Made by a program: the position numbers and the translations under genes. Positions 54,717 through 63,188 of a DNA stretch of 64,000 nt are shown piece by piece. How positions within the stretch are numbered: the stretch's first letter is position 1; every line of letters begins with the position of its first letter. This DNA is from a virus. The stretch lies in IMG/VR virus record IMGVR_UViG_3300028845_000328, one strand, 5' to 3'. Below the pieces are notes generated by a model that was not told the DNA's origin, did not search any database, and saw only the letters and a list, made by a program, of their open reading frames with translations.

Positions 54717-55484
54717 TTAAAATAATCGTAACTGACCTATAAAATTATTAAATCTTTCTTCCTGCGATGAAAAGAAATACTCACCTATCTCGCATCCAAT
54801 AAAATCTAATCCGGATTCATAAGCGGCAATCCTAGAAGATCCGGAACCTAGATGAGTATCTAGGATTTTCATGCCTTTTTCAGAAAAATCTGCAAATATA
54901 TTTCTATACAATTCTACTGGCTTTTGAGTAGGATGAATTTTCTTCTCTGCATTCACACCACCCGTATTTGAAATACGGTACATTTTAGCTGGTTTATCAA
55001 ACGAAGTCCAAGCCATCTCCCATTGAGAAAAATTATCCCAAGGCTGGCATTTGTCCCAACAAATAATACATCGAGTTGCAGGCAGAGAAAAATAATTTCC
55101 TCCGAAAATAATTTGATTTTTGGATACACGGAAAAGTTCATTGAAATATTCCAGAGAAGGTTTTTCCTTATCCCACTCACAAGACATTGTATTTAATGCC
55201 CTGTTCCTAAGTTTTCCGGCTCCTTGATTTAATCGTCCTTTTCGTAATTTACATGCGGTGCTCTCACCAGGATATTGAACATGCCCCTTACGGTTCGGAT
55301 TCGAGCCCATAGACATATTCGGAGCATTAATCCCATATGGTGGATCCACAACCGCTAAATCAAAATATTTATCAGAAGTTCTTTTCAGAAGTTGCATGCA
55401 ATTCTCATTCGTGACTACTGAGATAGGGGATACAAATCTTCCGCCAAAATCATTTCGCATGCCAGGGAAAAGTTGTAATATCAT
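54717..55484 (-). CDS. Beta-class N4C/N6A DNA methyltransferase
   Basis: VDPPYG, HPTQKP, ILDTHLGSGSS. Confidence 0.9.
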   Translation of the reverse strand: MILQLFPGMRNDFGGRFVSPISVVTNENCMQLLKRTSDKYFDLAVVDPPYGINAPNMSMGSNPNRKGHVQYPGESTACKLRKGRLNQGAGKLRNRALNTMSCEWDKEKPSLEYFNELFRVSKNQIIFGGNYFSLPATRCIICWDKCQPWDNFSQWEMAWTSFDKPAKMYRISNTGGVNAEKKIHPTQKPVELYRNIFADFSEKGMKILDTHLGSGSSRIAAYESGLDFIGCEIGEYFFSSQEERFNNFIGQLRLF

Positions 55485-55879
55485 TTTTCAATTGAATTCT
55501 GTAACCTATTGAGACAGGTCTGACTGATAATAATGTCTCTCACGAGTGCCGTTACATTCACGCCCTTTTTGGATGCTTGCATTTTAAGCTCCTCGTTAAT
55601 TTTCTTTGGGATGGGGACATGCAGAACGGTAGTTGTATATTCGCGCTTCCTTCGTTCGTCGATAATGGGCTGGTATTTCCCAGATTTTCCAGGTTCATTG
55701 CTGATTTCCGAAACCAATATATTTTTTCTGCGTATATATTGCCTGAAGGCAGGATAGCTCGGTATAAAATCCCGAAGGTCATCTGCCCAAATATTATCGA
55801 GCGAGCGCCCATTGGCAATCCCAGTTTTTACTAGGTCTTCCATCCAATTCGGATATTGATTTACTGATTTTCTTGACAT
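55481..55879 (-). CDS. Putative transcription regulator (C-terminal ribbon-helix-helix-like)
   Basis: VLHVPIPKKINEELKMQASKKGVNVTALVRDII. Confidence 0.5.
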   Translation of the reverse strand: MSRKSVNQYPNWMEDLVKTGIANGRSLDNIWADDLRDFIPSYPAFRQYIRRKNILVSEISNEPGKSGKYQPIIDERRKREYTTTVLHVPIPKKINEELKMQASKKGVNVTALVRDIIISQTCLNRLQNSIEK

Positions 55880-56526
55880 CTACTAACCTCCAATTTCCGT
55901 TTCCGCTCCCTTGATTGCCTGGAAAATCTTTTCTGCAATTTGTGGAACAATTGAGTTTCCCAGGGATTTAAAACGGTGTGTTCGATTGGGTATCCCATCA
56001 TATATTCGACAAAATTCGGTTGCAACCTCAGGCCAGTCTTGGTCCCACCTGACATATCTCGCAATATTGTCTCTACGTTTTTCTGCCCTGGCTTTTTTCT
56101 CCTGTCCTGATACCCTGTTCGAGCATCCCGCGCGCAGGGTGTCGGTATTAATTCTAAAGCCATTAATAGTGATTTTCCGAAATCGTTTCTTCTTCCGTTC
56201 TCGTTGTTTTGAGTTACTGTTGGCAATAATCCATACCCTATCTCGCCTATGGGGAGCGTTGACGGCAAGAGCCGGTATAATAAACGATTCGACTTCGTAA
56301 CCAGCACTTTCCAGGTCAATAATCGTTTGCTCGAAAACCACTCCGTTCTCGATATTAACAAATCCCGGAACATTTTCAGCGACGATCCATTTTGGTTTAA
56401 TTTCGGATATGACTCTAAACATCTCTCCCCAGAGATAACGGTCATCTGACGAGCCTCTCCGCTTCCCGGCAACGGAAAATGGCTGACACGGGAATCCTCC
56501 TGAAATAATGTCAACTGATCCTGCAT
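55861..56526 (-). CDS. C5 methyltransferase beta-subunit-like overlapping ORF (motif IX)
   Basis: GAGGAG SD 6 nt before the ATG; LQPNFVEYMMGYP motif IX-like; +1 frame inside the alpha gene. Confidence 0.7.
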   Translation of the reverse strand: MQDQLTLFQEDSRVSHFPLPGSGEARQMTVISGERCLESYPKLNQNGSSLKMFRDLLISRTEWFSSKRLLTWKVLVTKSNRLLYRLLPSTLPIGEIGYGLLPTVTQNNENGRRNDFGKSLLMALELIPTPCARDARTGYQDRRKKPGQKNVETILRDMSGGTKTGLRLQPNFVEYMMGYPIEHTVLNPWETQLFHKLQKRFSRQSRERKRKLEVSRCQENQ

Positions 56527-56701
56527 ATATCTCTCCTCTGAATTTTTTTATATCAAAATATCTTTTTGTTTCCGGGAAATGTTTTTTTAAAATCATATTG
56601 CAAAACAAATCCTTCTCGACCGAAAATATATTCTTAAATCCTACCCTCTGCGCTGCAAGGTCAAAACCTCCGATCCCTGAAAATAGTGAGGCATGATTCA
56701 T
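55883..56701 (-). CDS. C5-cytosine DNA methyltransferase alpha chain (motif IX absent)
   Basis: LFSGIGG, GGFPCQ, ENV, HRRDRVW, LGNSIVPQ. Confidence 0.9.
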   Translation of the reverse strand: MNHASLFSGIGGFDLAAQRVGFKNIFSVEKDLFCNMILKKHFPETKRYFDIKKFRGEIYAGSVDIISGGFPCQPFSVAGKRRGSSDDRYLWGEMFRVISEIKPKWIVAENVPGFVNIENGVVFEQTIIDLESAGYEVESFIIPALAVNAPHRRDRVWIIANSNSKQRERKKKRFRKITINGFRINTDTLRAGCSNRVSGQEKKARAEKRRDNIARYVRWDQDWPEVATEFCRIYDGIPNRTHRFKSLGNSIVPQIAEKIFQAIKGAETEIGG

Positions 56702-57006
56702 CCACGTAACTCCTTGAAAACCATCTCTGTCAATACCGGGTCTCGCTCTGTAATCATGTGGCTATTCAGGCAGGACAAAACAACTTCGTTGAAATCAGAT
56801 AGCTCTTCCACTGTTTTATAATGCCTGCGTTTTTTACGGTGAGAGAAAGTGAGGCCGAGCAATTGAGAGCAATCCTTAAATATAGAACGGTCAGTCCTGC
56901 ATACCTCACAATAATCAATATTCCTTTCCCTGAATAAATCAGATAGAATTGCATTGGATATGACATTCATTTCCTGTCGTGATAATTTAGTTTTTTTCAT
57001 AATCAT
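56698..57006 (-). CDS. HNH-like small protein
   Basis: CEVC...TFSH...LSCLNSH (degenerate). Confidence 0.45.
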   Translation of the reverse strand: MIMKKTKLSRQEMNVISNAILSDLFRERNIDYCEVCRTDRSIFKDCSQLLGLTFSHRKKRRHYKTVEELSDFNEVVLSCLNSHMITERDPVLTEMVFKELRG

Positions 57007-57095
57007 AAAAATCTTCTATAAATTTTATAGTGCTTTTCCTATTTCCGTATATGTATTTATAAGAATATTTGTTGCTCTAGTTGACGCGTATTTTC

Positions 57096-57575
57096 TTATC
57101 GCGTGTGACAATAAAGCATTTTCTGCAAAAACATTCGCCTTAAAATTTGCTGATTTTTTTTTTTGTAAAATTTTCCGTTACTATAATAATACAAACCGAA
57201 GCCATTCTCGATTTCGTTTGGTTTGATCAAATTAACGGGGCAAACATAATAGCGCTCTCTGCCAAGATGTGGATGTTGTTTTATAAATTCTTTCAGAATT
57301 GGGTTTCCGAAAAACAATTTCGTATAAGTATCTTTTACAAATTCTATTCTTCCAAAATATTTAACATCAAATTCTTTTCTGCAATATTTTTTTGAATCTT
57401 TTTTAAAATCCTGATAATCAACTTTTATCTCGAATAGAATCGAGCCACCACCTTTGAATGCAATAACATCTGGAAATTCGAATGTAGCAAACGATTGATA
57501 CTCGTATAGCACCACCTCATTTTTTGGGCATTGCCATTGAGCTGTTTTTTTGCAAAGATCGTAATGTAAATCCAT
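57096..57575 (-). CDS. PD-(D/E)xK nuclease-like protein (MmcB-like)
   Basis: FPDVIAF...FEIKVDYQDFKKD. Confidence 0.65.
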   Translation of the reverse strand: MDLHYDLCKKTAQWQCPKNEVVLYEYQSFATFEFPDVIAFKGGGSILFEIKVDYQDFKKDSKKYCRKEFDVKYFGRIEFVKDTYTKLFFGNPILKEFIKQHPHLGRERYYVCPVNLIKPNEIENGFGLYYYSNGKFYKKKNQQILRRMFLQKMLYCHTR

Positions 57576-57926
57576 CTATTTTTTATTTTCTCTCAATTTC
57601 AATTCAAGCCGCGAAAGTGCATTCCAGGCCAAGTGCGGCGCATGTAATAATCCAGAATCCCTATCATTATCACTACCATTTATCTCAGAAAAATAGTGGC
57701 GTAATAATGCTCTCGTATAACGCTTCTCTCCCTCAGGTACTTCCAACCATGAATTTTCAGCATATTTTTTAGCACCAAACTCAGCTACCTCTACGACTGC
57801 CCTGATTGCATTGCTCATCGAATCAAGAACTAAATCATAACGAAGTTTCCCGTAATCAAGTTTGGCTCCTAAATCGTGCGCACCTCTGCCAGTAGGATCA
57901 ATTTCATTGCTGTCATTTTTTCCCAT
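57576..57926 (-). CDS. dATP/dGTP diphosphohydrolase-domain protein (DUF5664-like)
   Basis: KLDYGKLRYDL...FGAKKYAENSW...ALLRH...DSGLLHAPHLAWNAL. Confidence 0.85.
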   Translation of the reverse strand: MGKNDSNEIDPTGRGAHDLGAKLDYGKLRYDLVLDSMSNAIRAVVEVAEFGAKKYAENSWLEVPEGEKRYTRALLRHYFSEINGSDNDRDSGLLHAPHLAWNALSRLELKLRENKK

Positions 57927-57927
57927 T

Positions 57928-58521
57928 TTATATCCTCTCCAATATTGTCGCTAACCGCGCCCTGTGATTTGTGCTGATTACAATTCCGATCATTCCAACC
58001 AGCTTCCAATCTCTTTTAGAAAACATCGGAAACACCTGATCCAACCATACCAAGTGACCTCCGGTTTGTAAAACTTTATGGCATTCTTTTACGACTGTAT
58101 TTCGTTTGATTAAACAAGTCCCATAATGTTCAGCGTCTTCCTGAGAATATGGTGGATCGGCAAATATTGTTTCGAATGATTGGCTGAAAAATTCAGAGAG
58201 TTTTTCGGCTTCCCCTATTATTTGGGCATTTGAATTTATTCTGTCCCGATCAAATGTAATATCTGAACTTGTTGCCTCTAGTTTCCCAGAAAATACTAGT
58301 TTCCCAGAAAATAAATGCAGGCGAATTCCTTTTTCAGTTGCCGGAAACAAAACATTCATGCGTTTCAAATATCCTTTAGGATAAGCCCCATAATAGTTGC
58401 TTGTATTAGTATAATCGTTTCCCATAAACCAAATATCCTCAATACGATCGTTGAATATCCTGAGAGGGGGAAATTTTGGGAAGGTTTTTTGGTACAGTTC
58501 AGCGCGATCTTGTAATATCAT
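57928..58521 (-). CDS. SAM-dependent DNA methyltransferase-like protein
   Basis: HLFSG, FADPPY, LQTGGHL. Confidence 0.7.
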   Translation of the reverse strand: MILQDRAELYQKTFPKFPPLRIFNDRIEDIWFMGNDYTNTSNYYGAYPKGYLKRMNVLFPATEKGIRLHLFSGKLVFSGKLEATSSDITFDRDRINSNAQIIGEAEKLSEFFSQSFETIFADPPYSQEDAEHYGTCLIKRNTVVKECHKVLQTGGHLVWLDQVFPMFSKRDWKLVGMIGIVISTNHRARLATILERI

Positions 58522-58687
58522 TCAGCAATCCCTCATTTTCTTCGTTTATTTTTAGGGCTTCCTGACCATTGCAAAGATCAAACCAGCTAGTCCCGTCATA
58601 ATTAACTTTGAACAAATCCTCGGTTAATTTGGTTAGTGTTCTTTTATATTTTCTCATATTTATTTTTATTCTGCACCACAGCAGCAA
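58499..58687 (-). CDS. Hypothetical protein
   Basis: Track ORF; real start may be MRKYK. Confidence 0.4.
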   Translation of the reverse strand: MLLWCRIKINMRKYKRTLTKLTEDLFKVNYDGTSWFDLCNGQEALKINEENEGLLNDITRSR

Positions 58688-58860
58688 TCTGCTATATTAA
58701 TAATTTCTCCACTATTATCAACACCCCAAGCTCCACAGGTGCAATCTCCTACTATTTGTTGTAATCTACGGATTTCCATATCTTCGATTTCATCGTCATC
58801 TAATTCTGGCTCATCATCAGGATAATTAAAACAATTACAATTATTACAACAATGCTCCAT
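58666..58860 (-). CDS. Small Cys-rich acidic protein (64 aa)
   Basis: MEHCCNNCNC...CTCG...CCCG portion of track ORF 58666..58989. Confidence 0.45.
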   Translation of the reverse strand: MEHCCNNCNCFNYPDDEPELDDDEIEDMEIRRLQQIVGDCTCGAWGVDNSGEIINIADCCCGAE

Positions 58861-58861
58861 G

Positions 58862-59218
58862 TTAATATACCAGCCCGTGTGTTTTCCACTGCTTCGGTAT
58901 TTTTGAACACGCCCAGGGAGTGCCGTTCGACAACTCACCCTCCCTATCGTTATATGACATGCAAAAGCAATCGTCGGATTTCGGCTCATCCGGTTTTATT
59001 CGGAAACAAAATGTCCGCGAAATTATCGCTACCATTCTGTGCATGGAGTCTATGCGAGATTCCGGATTGTCCAGTGATCTACGACTGACTGTTATTCTGA
59101 TACTCGAATTGTATTGGAAAACAACAGCGCAAACTGCAATTACAGATAATAGTAAGACCAAGATAAAACTCGTCACCAATTGAACTTTAAATATTTTTGA
59201 TTCACTCATCATAAGCAC
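58862..59218 (-). CDS. Membrane-anchored hypothetical protein
   Basis: N-terminal TM; fills the gap between neighbouring genes. Confidence 0.4.
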   Translation of the reverse strand: MLMMSESKIFKVQLVTSFILVLLLSVIAVCAVVFQYNSSIRITVSRRSLDNPESRIDSMHRMVAIISRTFCFRIKPDEPKSDDCFCMSYNDREGELSNGTPWACSKIPKQWKTHGLVY

Positions 59219-59613
59219 CTATCAATTATATTTTTTGCTTCTTCAAAACCAACTGCAAATTCCGCGTTAAAAAAATTTAACCTGAAGGATTTGATTTGCT
59301 CGTATTGCTCCACAACATGATTGTTCGAAATCAGGTTGCCATCTTTCTTCCAGATATTTTTCGCTTTGAGTTCCAATGCCAGAAATTTTCCAGCATGGAA
59401 TATCAGCAAATCCGGAATAGCTCTTACAACACCCATCTTTTTCGCCCTTGCCCGAACCTTGAAAGACTTTTGTCTTGCACCGTTATGATACGTCGAGACT
59501 ATGATTGCTTTTGGGTAACGCAACCTGATATATTCAACTACTGCTATTTGCAACCGATCCTCTGGGTTGTCTCGCAGATTTCGTCTAACGTTCATTTCTT
59601 GAATTAATCTCAT
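59209..59613 (-). CDS. VRR-NUC-family nuclease / resolvase
   Basis: EDRLQ...GVVRAIPDLL...ALELKA. Confidence 0.85.
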   Translation of the reverse strand: MRLIQEMNVRRNLRDNPEDRLQIAVVEYIRLRYPKAIIVSTYHNGARQKSFKVRARAKKMGVVRAIPDLLIFHAGKFLALELKAKNIWKKDGNLISNNHVVEQYEQIKSFRLNFFNAEFAVGFEEAKNIIDRCL

Positions 59614-60134
59614 ATTTTTCTGAACTCCACGACATTAACAATAGGGTTTAAAACCCAAGACTCTTTCCCGTTGATAGACCACCAAAACTCTTTAAATGCC
59701 TCTCGCTGGGATGTCTTCAAATTCCGTAATTCAGTTTCTTGCGTTCCGTAATATGCTGTACCTCTAGCAATATAATGCAGAAAAATCCCTTCCAGCATAA
59801 TGTCTGAATCTGAAATATCCTGTAATCTTTCCTGCCGAATGCAGGTAATTTCCAGCGTGATTCGCGATGCCTCTCGCGGCATGAAAAATGACGGTTTCCA
59901 TTTGCTAACCCCAATGGCATTTTTTGTGCCGGGATGATCAGAATAATCGGCTTTATACAAATATTTAGGCTGAGACTGGTCTTCCCTGCATTCATCTATT
60001 GCAAAAGCCTCCCTAACCCATAACATATCGCCAATCTGATAATTTTCGTGTTGCACACGGCGAGTCATTGTTTTATTTCCGCTTTGGATTGCGCGAATCA
60101 TTTCGGTAGAAAATATAATTGGATGTTCTTTCAT
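59610..60134 (-). CDS. ASCH/PUA-like phage protein
   Basis: PIIFSTEMIRAI..GNKTMTRR...GDMLWVREAF...WKPSFFMPREASRI. Confidence 0.8.
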   Translation of the reverse strand: MKEHPIIFSTEMIRAIQSGNKTMTRRVQHENYQIGDMLWVREAFAIDECREDQSQPKYLYKADYSDHPGTKNAIGVSKWKPSFFMPREASRITLEITCIRQERLQDISDSDIMLEGIFLHYIARGTAYYGTQETELRNLKTSQREAFKEFWWSINGKESWVLNPIVNVVEFRKI

Positions 60135-60595
60135 TTCCCTACCGCGCTTTTATCTGGAAAATTGAATAGATTTCCTTGCGCACGTTCCCCAGATATATAT
60201 TCGTTGGCGCGCATTGCCAAATTATTTAGTCGTTTAATACAAGCGTCAGTCAAGATGCTTTTTGGGTCATCGCCTTCAAAGAATTTATGTGGGGTGTTTA
60301 ATACAAGAGGTGCATTAGAATTGTCCAATGTTTTTAGTGCTGTAATAGTGGCGCCTTCTCTGTTGCCATGACTAAACGAAACACCGGAAACAAAATATTT
60401 ATCCAGACATTCCTGGTCATCTAATTCGCACATATCCAGAACATCCTCTAACAGAAACTGTAATGCCTGAATAAACTCAGGCTTAGCAGGATCAATAGAA
60501 TTTATTTCATACTCGTCACCACTGACCGGCTCTGTATACCTGATAGTAGTTCTTCCATCTTTGAACTTTACTTTGTCGATTTGAAATTCTTTCAT
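60131..60595 (-). CDS. Conserved phage hypothetical protein
   Basis: Track ORF with a GGAG SD. Confidence 0.6.
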   Translation of the reverse strand: MKEFQIDKVKFKDGRTTIRYTEPVSGDEYEINSIDPAKPEFIQALQFLLEDVLDMCELDDQECLDKYFVSGVSFSHGNREGATITALKTLDNSNAPLVLNTPHKFFEGDDPKSILTDACIKRLNNLAMRANEYISGERAQGNLFNFPDKSAVGK

Positions 60596-60607
60596 TTTTA
60601 TACTCCT

Positions 60608-61087
60608 TTAATTTATTTCTAAAACAGATGTAAAAACTTCGTCTATTCTCCGCAAAAAACTATCCTCTATATCAGGATAAATCTTTGTGATTTTATGGTT
60701 TGAGTTTCCAATAACTTTTATTTCTCTGTGACAATACAAAAAATCAAAAAACGCATAGTATCGGGATAAAATGTAATCTTGTTTTTTTATATTGTTCCAA
60801 TTATACAAATTGAATAACTCATCAATTAATAGAACATCGAGGCAAAGAACTTTTCTTAGGAGACCTTCAAAATCTTCTGATTTCGAGAAGTATAAAATTA
60901 AATCATGTTCTGTAAAAAAACCTATTCTGTATTTATCTTTTTGCGTATAAAAAGAATGTCCAATTGAATATGGTTCCTTCGATCCATTAGATAAAATCCA
61001 ATCAAGAAATAGTTTCGTTTTTCCTGATCCTGATTTTCCGATTATCAATGTCGATCTTTCTGGAATAGATGAGTTTTCAATTTTCAT
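60608..61087 (-). CDS. DnaC/IstB-like ATPase (helicase loader)
   Basis: GKSGSGKT, LLIDEL; directly after the initiator. Confidence 0.75.
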   Translation of the reverse strand: MKIENSSIPERSTLIIGKSGSGKTKLFLDWILSNGSKEPYSIGHSFYTQKDKYRIGFFTEHDLILYFSKSEDFEGLLRKVLCLDVLLIDELFNLYNWNNIKKQDYILSRYYAFFDFLYCHREIKVIGNSNHKITKIYPDIEDSFLRRIDEVFTSVLEIN

Positions 61088-61968
61088 ATATTGTTCCTTG
61101 GCACATAGCCACCTTTGTTATCGCGTCTCGGTTCTGATACAAGTTCGTTCCACAGCTTCACCAAATAAAATGCTGTCGGTTGTGATTTTTTCCAAAAAGG
61201 GTTATCGATGGAGTTCTTTTTGAGTTTCCATATTTCCATTTTTTTGCGCACCTGCTCGAAATCTTCGGCAACCAAATCTACCAGTTTATAAATCCACGGA
61301 TCATCGATTACATCGTTGTAAGTGCTATGAGTCTCCTCCCTGAAAAAGCCGGCTATGATATTTTTTATTTCCGAATATCGTTTTTTCCTCAAATCAAATT
61401 CATCAGGTGGGTCAGGAGGTGGAGGAGGAGAGTTCTTTATTTCTTCAAATTCTCTCTTCTCTCTTCTCTCCCTAGTACTTATATTAGTATTTGTTGTTTT
61501 AGTACTTATTACCGTTCGGTTTACCGCGTCGGTGGAACCGCGTCCCGTCAACCGCGTCGGTAAATCAAACGCGGTCTCATAAAATGGTAACGTTAGGTTG
61601 TTATCCGTGTCTATTTCTGGAGCCTTGGTAATCGTTGTGGGTTCTGTTGCTGGTTTGTGGTTTGGGTTAAGCTCTGGGTTTTCGTAAATAACGTAATCGG
61701 TTTTGTATTTCCCGTCTGATAGCCGATAGGATATTTTCTCTATGTATCCCTGCTCTACCAACTGGTTGTACGCCTTCCTGTGCGAACACAGACCGTTAGA
61801 ACTGTGTTTTGCCATCTCTGATAAAATCGGGTTAAAATTATCTGGCCTGGACAAAATCAGAGTAAAGAGTCCTTTAGCCTCAAGAGATAAATTTTTATTA
61901 AACAGATACCGATTATCGATAACGGTATAATTTTTGTTTTTTTGGACGCGGAAATATCTTTGTCTCAT
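61084..61968 (-). CDS. Phage replication initiator (N-terminal HTH)
   Basis: NYTVIDNRYLFNKNLSLEAKGLFTLILSRPD...ELVEQGYI-like pattern. Confidence 0.85.
   Translation of the reverse strand: MRQRYFRVQKNKNYTVIDNRYLFNKNLSLEAKGLFTLILSRPDNFNPILSEMAKHSSNGLCSHRKAYNQLVEQGYIEKISYRLSDGKYKTDYVIYENPELNPNHKPATEPTTITKAPEIDTDNNLTLPFYETAFDLPTRLTGRGSTDAVNRTVISTKTTNTNISTRERREKREFEEIKNSPPPPPDPPDEFDLRKKRYSEIKNIIAGFFREETHSTYNDVIDDPWIYKLVDLVAEDFEQVRKKMEIWKLKKNSIDNPFWKKSQPTAFYLVKLWNELVSEPRRDNKGGYVPRNNI
61441..61575. promoter_or_regulatory. Putative replication origin inside the initiator gene (iterons plus AT-rich tract)
   Basis: ACCGCGTC at 61523, 61537 and 61551 (14-bp period), inverted copy at 61568; adjacent TAGTACTTAT x2 AT-rich stretch. 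Confidence 0.6.
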
Positions 61969-62198
61969 GCGGCTACCCTCAGCATATCGTCTAAATATTT
62001 CTCTGCCCGATCAAATCCGTAATCATCACAATCAAGCTGAAATACTTTTGTATTTCCGGAATAGATTGTGATTTTGTCGTCGATCCATAGTTTTATTCTT
62101 CTGTGGTCGCTGATAAATCGCAGATAGCAGTTCGGATGATCCGTGGAGGAGAATCCGAATTTCTCCACAAGATTTTTTTCTTTTTCTTCATGTATCAT
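61965..62198 (-). CDS. Hypothetical protein
   Basis: Track ORF, coupled to the initiator start. Confidence 0.55.
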   Translation of the reverse strand: MIHEEKEKNLVEKFGFSSTDHPNCYLRFISDHRRIKLWIDDKITIYSGNTKVFQLDCDDYGFDRAEKYLDDMLRVAA

Positions 62199-62251
62199 TT
62201 TTTATTTGTCCTTATAATTGTTTAATATGTCGCATTTTGATTTAAAAAAAA

Positions 62252-62854
62252 TTATTCTCTTATTTCGAAAAATTTTTTAACAAATTTTATTGTCTCAAAA
62301 TATAATTTTGCGTTTTTATTCTTTCCGTGAGTCTCTTTTATTTTCTCTCGGAATTCATTCTCCGTCCCATTAAAACAACCTGTGGAAAAATTCAAAAATC
62401 CGTTAGAATCTAAACAAACTGTTAACGTTGATAACCTTGATCCCAAACAAGATACAGTAATATAATCGTTTGTTTTTTTTATGAGACAATTTGAAACCCG
62501 CGCGTTGCCGTAAACCAACGCATCGCCGTAAACCCGCGCATTGTCTGAGACCCACGCATCGCCTGAGACCTGCGCATCGCCGTAAACCCGCGCGTTGTCG
62601 TAAACCCGCGCATTGCCGTAAACCCGCGCATTGTCTGAGACCCACGCATCGCCTGAGACCTGCGCATCGCCGTAAACCCGCGCGTTGCCGTAAACCCACG
62701 CATCGCCGTAAAGATTTTTTTTATTCTCGACGTATCCTCCGAGATCACCAGTTTTTACTCCATTTTTTAAATTTTTTAGAGCACGTATCCTGAATAACAC
62801 GATACCGAATTTCTCAATTTTATCTTCTGTTACAAATTCATAATATTCATCCAT
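62252..62854 (-). CDS. Hexapeptide-repeat (left-handed beta-helix) phage protein
   Basis: GDLGGYVE..KNL then about 12 x (Y/S)G(N/D)A(R/W/Q)V; start re-called at MDEYY with a GAGGAG SD. Confidence 0.8.
   Translation of the reverse strand: MDEYYEFVTEDKIEKFGIVLFRIRALKNLKNGVKTGDLGGYVENKKNLYGDAWVYGNARVYGDAQVSGDAWVSDNARVYGNARVYDNARVYGDAQVSGDAWVSDNARVYGDALVYGNARVSNCLIKKTNDYITVSCLGSRLSTLTVCLDSNGFLNFSTGCFNGTENEFREKIKETHGKNKNAKLYFETIKFVKKFFEIRE
62495..62712. repeat. 18-bp coding tandem repeats with an exact 73-bp duplication (62525..62597 = 62615..62687)
   Basis: GC-rich units such as ccgtaaacccgcgcattg; 90-bp super-period. Confidence 0.85.
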
Positions 62855-62903
62855 AATATCAATTCTCCTCATGTAAAACCGGATATTTCTATCCGGATAA
62901 AAT

Positions 62904-63077
62904 CTACTTCCCAAGTGCCTCTGTATATTCAGATGGCAAACCAAGCTTTTTATTGATCGCATCGATTTTCTTTTCCAAAGCTTTAATCGTCTTATAGCTC
63001 TTGTCGTTAATCGATTCGACTTCTTTTTCCAGCTTTCTTTTTTGCTTAATTAACTCTTTTTCGTTTTTCGCTGCCAT
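62904..63077 (-). CDS. Small coiled-coil protein (57 aa, below track cutoff)
   Basis: AAGGAG SD; MAAKNEKELIKQKRKLEKEVE... Confidence 0.55.
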   Translation of the reverse strand: MAAKNEKELIKQKRKLEKEVESINDKSYKTIKALEKKIDAINKKLGLPSEYTEALGK

Positions 63078-63188
63078 TTGTTTTCTCCTTTAATAAATCC
63101 TCTCCTATCTCATTCGCCTAACGGCTGAATATGGGTCAGTGGTCACAATCAATACGTGATTGCCCTGAGAGATAGCGAGAGTATTGCG

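Noticed and set aside
62495-62712. Possible CRISPR array or DGR template/variable repeat
   Set aside because: Units are 18-bp in-frame coding repeats with no unique spacers; no reverse transcriptase or cas gene in the window, and differences are not adenine-specific
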